Assembly: GCA_038087875.1 (NCBI GenBank)
Contig: CM075994.1
Coordinates: forward strand, 5,086,001 to 5,146,000
Reading direction: 5' to 3'
DNA: 60,000 nt
Source: Malacoraja senta
Lineage: Eukaryota
Shown: one piece after another, positions 49,915-60,000 of the stretch
Layout of the letters: each line of letters begins with the position of its first letter
Position numbering within the stretch: the stretch's first letter is position 1
Made by a program: the position numbers and the translations under genes
The notes under the pieces: generated by a model
Databases searched by the model: none
Told to the model about the DNA's origin: nothing
The model's input: only the letters and a program-made list of their open reading frames with translations

Positions 49915-52527
49915 AATAATGGTGTATCGCAGATGGGTAAGAGACCAAGATAAACTGCAAAATCCAATGGACTGACGTGGATTAAACTGCGAGAGGCAAA
50001 AAGGAGGTCGGGGTCTTATTCCTAAAATGACGGAAGTGACGTTCCGTTGCGCACGACACGTTAGTCGATTGGATTTCGTAGGAGTTTTCTATTTTAATCC
50101 TCCAGTATCTATGGTGCCCAAGTTTTCCGGCGGCTGGAGGACTTGTGACGACTAGCGGCGCCTGAATGACGGAACAATTAAGCACCGGTACCCCATCCCG
50201 CACATTCTCGACATCACTCTCCACCTGGCTGGGGCTAAATTATTTTCAAAACTCGACTTGATCAGGGGTTAGCATCAAATCCCTGTGCGACCAGAAGATG
50301 TGCCAAAGACTGCTATCAACACCCTTTTGGAATTCCTGCATATACCCTTCGGCCTTAAGAACGCCGCGCCGGAATTCCTATGCCTGATGGACACCGTGGT
50401 GCGAGGGGTCGATTTCATTTTCATTTATATGGATGACATCCTGGTGGCGTGTAGTTCGCGGCAGGAGCATAACGCCGAACTCTGCCTCCTGTGCCAGCGC
50501 CTCAACGATTTAGGGTTCGTAATGAACCCGGACAATTCGCGGGTTCCCAAGGCCTTCCACAGCGCGGGGCCTGCAGGAATTTGTGGGCATGTTCCAATTT
50601 TGCCACGGATTTGTGCCTTCGGCGGCAAGAATATTCCGGCCTATATTCCACCTGTTGTGGGGCAAGCGGCGAGACGTGCAGTGGACCGACGTCGCCAAGG
50701 CGGCCTTCGAAGGGGCGAAATATGCATTGGCTCGGGCGACGATGCTAGTACATCCGCGGGTTGACGTCCCCACCGTGGATGCCTCGGTCGCGTGTTGAAG
50801 CAGTCTTTTGACGGTCATTGTCGAATATTCCCTTTTTTAACCACCAATTTAGCCCGGCGCAGTGTAAATACAACGCATTCGACCGGGAGCGGATAGGCAT
50901 TTTCGGTATTTTCAGGATGACCGGGTCTTCATCGCCTTTACAGACGATAAGCCCCTCACCTTCGCCAAGGTTGCGGATCCTTGGTGACATCTCCACGGAG
51001 CCAGCCGCAACCTATTGTTCCGGCGGACTGGCGTCGTCTGTTTTCGACGCCAATCATGGTTTGGTTCACCCATCTGTCCGGGCGACGGTGACGTTGGCGG
51101 ATGCAAAATTCATGTGCAATAGGTTGCTGAAGCTGGTCGGTTATTGGGCCCGCACATGCATTCTATGTCAAATATCGACGGCGTTTCGACCATGTCCACG
51201 TGGATATCAAGAGGTCGCTGCCTCCATCGCGCGGTATCTCGCATCTGCTTACGGTGGAGGACCGTTTCACGCGGTCGCCGGAGGCCATCCCTCTTATTAA
51301 CACCTCGGCCTTCTCATGTGCGCGTGCCCTGGTGGCCTATTGGAGTGCCCGTTTCGGGGTACCGCTGCACATCCCGTCCGACCGGGCTACCCAGTTCACT
51401 CCGGAGCTGTGGTTCGCAATGACGGCTTATCACCCAATCGCCCAATGGATTAGTGGGACGTATCCACCGCCGTCTTAATGACGCTTTCAAGGCTCGCCTC
51501 ACGGGTCTTGTTTGGATTGACGAGTTCCCGTGCGTCCTGGTGGGGATTTGCACCGCCCCAAAGTAGGACTTCTAATCTTCATCGGCCGAATTAGTTTAAG
51601 GCGGGCCGCTTCCCGTGCCCGGGGTATATATTCCAATCGCTGGCGTCCCCCAGGAGTCACCGTCATCCGTATTGTTCCGGCTGCGGTAGACGGTCGGCGC
51701 CGTTTCTCCTGCCCCAACGTCTCGGCATGGTGTCACTCCATCGCATGTACCGCCGGCTTTCGCGGACAGTCAGTAGGCCTTCCACCGCCGCGATGCTCAC
51801 ATGTTGCCCTTGCAACGTCCATATGGAAGTCATTTTCGGGGGCCACGGCATGGGCCGGCGACTTTTGTATTGGACATGGGGGGCGGCAAGAGACTATGTC
51901 GGTGGCTCGCTTGAAGCCGGCTCATTTGGACGTGAGCGAGCCGTCGAGGACGTCCGAAGTCTCGGACCCCACATTATTCGTCCGCTTTGGCGTAGGGACG
52001 TACGTACAAGGCCCGGCCGCCTCGTTCGGCTGCCCGTCCGTTTTTGTCCCTCCGTATCTGGGGGATCATGTGGCGGCCTCTGGTGGTGGGCCACGCACAG
52101 TACATAAACCACGGCTCTGGTGGTGGGGGTCACGTGTCCCGGTGACGAGAGGTAGTGGTCATGGAGTGGTCACGTGTGCCCCTGTGGTATTTTAAGGTGG
52201 AAATCACGGGCGCACGGGGTGTGTGAGTTCGGAATCTTGCAGAAATAAAGAATACCGTATTTATGAAACTTCGCGTCCTGCCTCGTTCTTTGACAGACAG
52301 CTCCGTGTCCGCTACAATTTTACCACTGTTTGAAAATTAACAAATAATCGTTCATCTAAATAGATTTAGATCGAGGGAAAACGGAAATACGATCGCAAAA
52401 GAAGCACCTCAAACCAACGTCAATTTAGACGGGCAGGTTTTGAAAAAAACAATAAATTAAATTACAATCAGGGATAGTCAGGGATGATCGGAATAGCAAT
52501 ATTAGCTCTGTATGGTTCAATGAGGAT

Positions 52528-54575
52528 ATAAGACAATAGACAATAGGTGCAGAATTAGGCCATTCGGCCTTTCGAGCAAGCATCGCCATTCATTGCGTTT
52601 ATGGCTGATCATCCACAATAATAATAATAATAATAATAGATTTTATATATATAGCGCTTTTCAGGACTCAAAGTCGCTTTACAATTGAGAGTCAGGAATA
52701 AACAAAACAAAATAGAGCAGTAAGACAGAGGGGAGGGGAACACGGGACTAAGGGTATGCAGAGGATACCCTTAGTCAGTACCCCGTTCCTGCCTTATACC
52801 CATACACCTTGATTCTGCTATCATTAAATGTTCTATATAACTCTCTCTTATAAGCATCCAGTGAAATGGTCACCACTGCCTTCTGAGGCAGAAAATTCCA
52901 TAGATTCACAACTCTCTGGGTGAAAACGTTTTTCCTTATCTCCGTTTTAAATGGCGTAACCATTATTCTTAAACTGTGCCCCTGGTTCGGCACGCCCCCA
53001 ACATCGGGAACATATTTCCTGCCTCTAGAGTGTCAATCCCATAATTATCTTATATGTCTCAATAAGATCCACTCTCATCCTTCTAAATTGCAATGTATAA
53101 AACACAATCTCTCCGTTCTTTAGACATATGACAGTCCCTACATCCCGGGATTAACCTATTGGTACTTACGCTGCAGTGCCTCAATAGAAAGGATGTAATT
53201 CCTCAGATATGGAGTCCAACACTGCATACAATACTCCAAGTGTGGTCTCACTAGGGTCATGTACAACTGCAGATGGACCTCTTTTTTTCCTATAATCGAC
53301 TCCTCTTATTATGATGACAAACATACCATTACCTGTCTTCACTGCCTAATGTACTTGCATGCTTACTTTCATGGTCTGTTGAACTAGGACACCCAGATCT
53401 CGTTTTGCTTGTCATTTTCCTAATATGACTCCATTGAGTTAGTAATCTGCCTTCCTGTTTTGGACACCAAAGTGGAGAATTTCGCTTTTATTCTTATTAA
53501 ACTGCATCTGCCATGCATCTTCCCACTCAACCAACCTGTCCAAGTCACCCTGCATCCTCATAGCATCCTCCTTACAGTTGACACTGCCACCCAGCTGTGT
53601 CATCTGCAAAATTGCTGATGTTACTTGTAATCACTTCATCCAAATCATTAATATATATTGTAAATAGCTGCGGTCCCTGCATCGAGCCTTGCGGTACCCC
53701 ACTAGTTACTGCTTTCCATTCTGAAAGGGACCCGTTAATCCCTGTTCTTTCAGGTCTACGAAACAATTTTCTATCCATGTTACTGCTATCCAAATATGAC
53801 ACTGTTTTATCTTGTATAATTGACTCCAGCATCTTCCCTACCAAGGATCTCAGACAAACTTCTCTATTGTTCCCTGTTTTCTATCTCCCTCATTTTGTAA
53901 ATGTGGGGTAACATTATCTACCCCCAAATACACTGATCATGAATCTATAAGACAATGGAAAATAATCAACAATGCATCCACGATTTCCAGAGCCACTTCC
54001 TTAAGTGCCCTGGGATGCACACCACCATGCCCTGGGAATTTATCAGCATTCATTCCTATAAGTCTACGCAACACCATTTCCTGCCAAATGTGAATTTCCT
54101 TCAGTTGCTCCTTCACTCTAGGTACTCTGGCCACTAGTACATCTGGGAGATTGTTCGTGTCTTCCTTAGTGAAGACTGATCCAAAGTACCAGTTCAACGT
54201 GTCTGCCATTTCTTTGTTCCCCATAATCAATTCGCCTGTTTCTGTCTTCAAGGGACCAACTTTGGTCTAAACTAATTTTTTTCCTCTTCACATATCGAAA
54301 GAAGCTTCAACATTCCTCCATTATATTATTGGCTCCCCTCATCTTTTCTCCCCGTATTACGTTTTTAGTAATCTTCTGTTGTTCTTTGAAAGTTTCAGAT
54401 TCCTCTGGCTTCCCGCTCATCTTTGCTATGATTTAAATCTTCACTTTTATATGTATACTGTCCTCGATTATCCTTCTCTGCCACGGTCGTCTCTTGCTAC
54501 CTTTAGCATCTTTCTTCCTCTTTGGAGTGAACTGATCCTGTACCTTCTGCATTATTCCCAGAAATACCTGCCATT
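52528..54575 (-). mobile_element. decayed CR1 LINE with internal deletion near 53770
   Basis: ORFs 53937-54251, 53572-53844 and 52775-52993; (acaatag)n tail. Confidence 0.92.
52617..52764 (-). mobile_element. L2 3' fragment inserted in the CR1 3' UTR
   Basis: Nearly identical to 38607-38754. Confidence 0.95.
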
Positions 54576-55209
54576 ATTTTACGTCGCAACAAGTTTGTTG
54601 AACAGAGGAATCAACCATTCAACATTTATTTTCCTGGAAGTCAAATATAATTCCACTCATTGCGAATTTATAGTTATTTTTAATTATATTGCTCCATTAC
54701 GTGCTTACCTGCTTTCTGATCGTCATCTGTTAATATAAAAATAAAAGAAGAACTAATGTAATTTCATAGAAGGCAATCCTTTTGTTTAATATGTATTCTT
54801 ATGTGGCATTTGGACTAACGTGTACCAACTAAATGCTCAGTAACATTAAAATGTGCTTTGTAAATGTTCCGTTGTTCACCATACCCTCTCCCGAAAACAT
54901 TTGCGAACGCTACTGATTTTCTTTCTGTTTAAAATAATTATATTAGCAATATTATAAACTTTGTTTATAAACGGAAAGGGCTGACGTCACTTTCAACAAT
55001 ATAGATGTTTTAATTACACCTATCAAGTTGGAAGATGATTTGTAATATAATTCTCAATTTCGTTCTTCGCATAGATAGTTGTACATTTCACTTACCAGTA
55101 GCTGCGCAGTCCGATTTTAGTTTCTTGATTTCTAAAACGAAAATATGTTTATTAATTTGCAGAATTTATAGACCTATTGATAAGCAATGCATATATTGAT
55201 TCTCCTAAA

Positions 55210-57285
55210 CACCTCAACACTGATGTGACCTGGGGTCATTGGGTGTTTCAGGTCTTTCAACATCAGACACCCTCACCCGGGCGACCCAACCGTGGTTGAT
55301 CAGACCACGTCGTGTTCAGTTGGCATTGGCCCCTCCCCATGGACCTCCTCTCCTTATCCAGAGTCATCTTGCTGCCTTCTCCGCTGCCTCTGTGGTGTTA
55401 TTGGTTGCTCTTCTGCTCTCCTTCCGTTGATGCCCAGTGCACTTAAGGCTTTGTAGAGCGATTGTCCTGCAATACGTGTGCAGCCAACCTCGATGGGCAT
55501 TCACCTTGTCTTCCAGCCTTGCTTACGGCAGTCTGTGACCAGCTCTTCGTACTTACTATTCTTCATCTCATGGGCCTCCTCCAGCCCTTACTCCCTTGCA
55601 CGGTCAGTTCCAACAAGACGCGTCTGAGAGCAGGGGGATATCTGGTCTCAGGGTGCTCGAGGCAACGTGCTGTGGGAAAGCTGCCAGTACTGCGCAGTCT
55701 CCAGGATTCCTGACAGATTCCTGGCTGCTGTGGTTCATTGCAGATGCACTCCGGCGATCACGAATGTAATCATCTGGGTGGTGTGATGTGCTCGTGTGCA
55801 GCTGCTGATTACCATGATGTAGGTATGTTACAAAACTTACCTTCAGTCGCGCTGTAATTCTGCCACTGGCCGTGTGCGCGATTTTGGCGCCTTTAAGGGG
55901 TGAGCGGGGTTAAAACGCGGTTTATCCTCCCTTGTCCTGGAAATATTTTGTTGGAGTACAAAACTTCGCTGACAAAATCGTTCCTACCGGCGTTTTGTGA
56001 ATTTTTTTTTTAAATTAAATCGTCAATGTCAGCGCTACAGTCATTTTAAAAGCAGCTCCTGAAGCGTCAACGCCAATAACGGGGACGGATTTCACACAAT
56101 GGACAGGTAAACGAAAGTGCTTTCTTTAAATGTATAAAAGTGCTTCTTAAAAAGCCTTTAATTCACATTTTGTCATGCGACACGGTGATTTTATTCCCCG
56201 AATTAACGGCAGTATTTTTCATGCCAATACGGGGTTAAATTCACCGCAAATGAACGTTCCAAAAGATCGCGTTCCAGAAATTCTCACTCGCAAGATGAAT
56301 TAAATCCCCATTAATTTACAGGTATTAAACATTCAATTCCTTCCATTTGGCCTGTAAATTCATGAAAATTAGATTTAAAAATTATGTTATATTGTGAATT
56401 ATTGTGTGAATGTTATTTGGACACTTAGGCTATTTAAAAATGTTAATCTATTCTTAAGAAATTGATAGATGTTTAGATCTAGTAATTGAATTTTGTAATA
56501 GCTACAATTAGGTAACTAACTAATTATATGCTTTACTTTCATGTCTTGGAAGTAAGATTGTTTCATATTTGTTTCAGAATGCTTCAATCTATAATACCTG
56601 AAAATTTCTTTCAGTTACCATAATTTTTAAGAAAGTTATGGGCTTTTAACTGTCCTCGATCACAGCTTTTGTGTTAAGTCAATGGAAAAGCAATAGGGAA
56701 CTAGATGCTAATTTCTGAGTATGATAATGGCCATAACTTGTTTAATACTGAAGATATGAAAGTGAATTAAGTGTCAAATTAAACTTCTTTTTATGCTTTA
56801 TCTGATGGGATAAATTGCAGACTTTATTTTTTAAATCTCAAAATTTTGTAACATTGCTACATGATGATGGCTTCTGCAATGGGTTTAAGAACCTGGCCGT
56901 GACGCCAAGTTAAACGGCCCTGCACAAGAGCCTTTGGGCAGTAGCTCAGGATGTGCTGCAACGTGCCCATGCCTGAGCATTTCGGGCAATCCGGAGATTT
57001 CGCTTGGTCCCAGATGAAGCAGTTCGATGGGCTGGACAATACAGCGTTTACTGCCCGGACCAGGAACTTGATGCGCTGTGGTTCAGCCTGCCAGAGCTCA
57101 GTCCATGTGACTTTTCGGTCCATGGCCAGCTCCCACCTTGTCCAGGTCCCCTGCTGCCTCAAGACAACCGATCTGGTTGACCTCTCCTCCTCTATCGCTG
57201 CCCTCATTTCCTCCTGGACCAGCCTGCGCCTCTCATTCCCCTTGACCTTGTCAACCTGTGGAGATGGGAAGATTCCCAGACCCAA
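55210..57285 (-). mobile_element. Hero-clade non-LTR retrotransposon, 3' part (zinc knuckle, restriction-like endonuclease, 3' UTR), split by a DNA transposon
   Basis: QQGTWTRW, CPKC...LQHILSYC, WRHGQVL, LLELTV, PIEVGC. 3' UTR gggtgagggtgtctgatgttgaaagacctgaaacacccaatgacccc. Confidence 0.85.
55820..56859 (-). mobile_element. non-autonomous DNA transposon, 7-bp TSD CATGATG
   Basis: Termini taggtatgttaca and tgtaacattgcta. catgatg at 55813-55819 and 56860-56866. Confidence 0.92.
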
Positions 57286-57837
57286 AATCATTTCAAGCAA
57301 CACATTTGGTACACGAGGATATTCAAAATATTCTGATTCCTCTTGTTTTTCCTATGTCTTAACTTACGAAATTACGGACCATTAACACCTCTCTAAGATA
57401 TTGAACCCCAACTGCTCACATCAGAAGTAACTGGAAGACATCTTATCACTTTCAGTATCTGGAAGTCTGGTACAATATTCCTTCGCAAGGAAATTATCCT
57501 CCCTTCAGCAAGTTGAACCATATGTTTCCTAGTGTCAATAAGATCTCATCTCGTACTTTTATAATATGTGCAATATCATATCACCAAAACCTTACTTTGG
57601 AAAACATTGAATTGCTGCATTTTACAAGCTGTAAGCTTGAAATACGCTACCAAATTTTTCAACATCCCGATTAAAAAAAATATTAACATCACCCGTGTCT
57701 CATCCTTCACTCACATCACTCCCTAAAGAACACCGTGCACCTCCAAGACATGGGGATCAAATGCAGAACCGTTTATGGACTTTTCCTTCCTAGCAGCACA
57801 ATCTGATTTGGACCCATATCGTCGTTTCCTTACTATC

Positions 57838-59440
57838 TGGGGGCAAAAACAGCCGGGTTGATCAAAACATCGATGATTGGCAAGTCTGTGAAGAGGAGCT
57901 ATCCTTCCAGACATCATACTGATCCTGGTGCTACAGTTGGAACAAGTCGATCATCGTCGCAGGGGCGTAGTTGGCGGCCTGCAGCGGGAACACGAACAAG
58001 CGTAGGTCTTCCCGCCAGAAGCCAGGGACCACAGGTAACTCAAGTGACTAAGGAGGTAGGTGGACCTGGTTCTCATGGGAACATATTAAAGGCAGTACAG
58101 ACCAAAGTTGGGGGCAGATTACATCTCTTCTATAAAAGTTGGAGCAGATTACTTCAGATTTTGTTATTCTGAGTATTATACTAGTGTTTCGAATTGAGTT
58201 GGATCCAAATTATGATTTGCCCATCCAGCATGTTCCTAGCAAAACACTCAAGTTTTCACAAAAAGAAGTGCTGGAGGTTCAAGCTGAATTTGAAAACTTA
58301 TGTAATAAAGGTGTTATAGAAAAGTCGGTTTATCAAACCCATCAATTTATGTCAAATATTTTTTCCCGACCTAAAAGGGATGGAGGATGTCGGATTATTT
58401 TGGACTTGACGAGTCTTAATCCTTTTGTTCAATTTAGACACTTAAAATTGAGATTTTTGTGACTGCCAAACAACTTATTTGAAAAGCATGTTATATGGCA
58501 ACTATAGATTTAAAATATGCATATTATTCAGTGTCTGTTCATTTGCAATATATACAATATTTAAAATTGACTTGGATGAACCAGTTATGGCAGTTCAAAG
58601 CTCCGCCTAATGGGTTAACTTCAGCTCCTAGAATATTTCCTATGTTGTTAAAAAAACAATTCTGGGGCTGCTGAGAGGCCAGGGTCACGTGGCAATGGCT
58701 TAACTGGATGATGTCCTGATTATAGTTAGCTGAGTTATCTGTCTCAGTTGTAAAATCCACTTTTGAAAGTTTGGGTTCTCTAATTCATCCAAAGAAATCA
58801 AGGTTAACACCACTTACATCAATTGATTATTTGGTTTCCACAATAGATTCAGTTCACATAGTAATAACTTTGCCGAGTGAAAACAGGGAGGAGTTGATTG
58901 ATGGGTGCATTAAGCTGTTAAATGAGAGAAAACCTTCAATTAGACATGTGGCTAGTGTGCTAGGGAAATTAGTAGCAGCTTTTCCAGCAGTACAATATGG
59001 GCCATTACACCAGCAACAACTACAGAGTGCTAAAGAACAGGCACTGAGGATGAATGGTGGCCATTTTTATAGGGCCATGCAGTTAACAACAAATGCTGTT
59101 TCTGAAAAGCAGTGGTGGATTCTACATGTCTCAAGTAGTTTCAGTAAAATACTGATTGAACAGCCTTCCATGGTATTGCAAACTGATATCAGTGCACTAG
59201 GATGGGATGCAACTGATTTGGCATTCAACTGCGGAGGCAGATGGATTGTGGAAGAGGTATTGTTTCTGCAGACGTGGGGAATCAACTGTTTTGAGCTTTT
59301 AGGAGGGTTCTATGGACTCCAAGTTTATTGCTCTAACACGACTGACCTGCATGTTCAGCTTCAAATTGATAATATAACAGCAGTGGCATGTATTAATCAC
59401 ATGGGTGGAATCAAGTCGGTGTCATGTGATAAGTTGGAGC
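57838..59440 (+). mobile_element. DIRS internal fragment (gag end, RT, RNase H), no termini
   Basis: VGGRLHLF, SNIFSRPKRDGGCRIILDL, TDISALGW, QIDNITAVACINHMGG. Close relative of the element at 1802-5489. Confidence 0.9.
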
Positions 59441-60000
59441 ATTATTTGTGTCTTCGTTGGTAAAAACTGCAGGAAATTGGTCGTTGAACACGGTTGCCTA
59501 ATCTTTAGCAAAGGAAATTTTGATATTGTAAATAAGCAAACAGTACAATCTGGAGTTCAAGATCATATTTAATCAGTACCCATAGTATAGCGGTGCAGCA
59601 GGTTGTTAGTTGTTAGTTCATCGTTACTGTTTCCAAGACTGACCAGTATAGGAAGTGGGTGTTAGTATAAATCATACAGTAGGGTGGGGTTAGTGATGCT
59701 ATTTCTACTATCATTGGTTCACATGCAATAAACAATGTACAGATATCATCAGATGAAGACAGTGTTGAGACACTGTTGAGACAATGTTGCCGTTTCGTCG
59801 ATGAAATTCCAGTACGGTTTGGTGTTGCTAATCACCAAACTCCCACCGATTAAATAATGAATATACTCCTTCTTGGGTTTCATATTTGTTTCTGTCTATG
59901 TGTCTGCGATGCTTTTTGGAAAAGTCCCAGGCTGCTGAAGAGCCATATTTCTTAGCTTTTATGTACAGGCGCTTCTTTTAACGAATGTCTCTCTTTTAAA

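Larger units (their letters stand above)
45614..50113. mobile_element. putative DNA-transposon-bounded insertion (CAC/CAT termini, candidate 5-bp TSD)
   Basis: Ends cacagatggtagagg and cctccagtatctatg. Flanks gtgct and gtgcc duplicate the Gypsy codons. Confidence 0.55.
45440..52316 (+). mobile_element. decayed Gypsy/Ty3 LTR retrotransposon (pol 45440-45613 and 50114-52060, 3' LTR 52069-52316)
   Basis: GIVERSNSPWASSMHMV continues as PK..GGWR, then RYPIPHI, FSKLDL, PFGLKNA, YMDD, and integrase DRFTR.PEAIP and SDRATQFT. PPT gggggatca. LTR tgtggcgg...ccgctaca with AATAAA. Confidence 0.88.

Overview
Eukaryotic, repeat-saturated window with no recognisable intact host gene. The repeat inventory (CR1 LINEs, L2, Rex1, Hero, DIRS, BEL, Gypsy, Helitron) suggests a vertebrate, probably a cartilaginous fish such as a skate or ray; this is inference. 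A 200-N gap lies at 197-396. Main elements: two DIRS tyrosine-recombinase retrotransposons with both termini plus a third fragment, one carrying a 3.36-kb internal tandem duplication; a two-LTR BEL/Pao element with a 5-bp TSD, a deleted integrase and no tRNA PBS but a PBS complementary to its own LTR (candidate self-priming); a four-level nest (CR1 > CR1 > Helitron > L2 and a Rex1 tail); a Gypsy element split by a 4.5-kb insertion with a candidate 5-bp TSD; two copies of a non-autonomous DNA transposon with 7-bp TSDs; and a Hero element. Between the TEs lie unassigned AT-rich stretches that retain CpG and read like decayed coding DNA of unknown origin.
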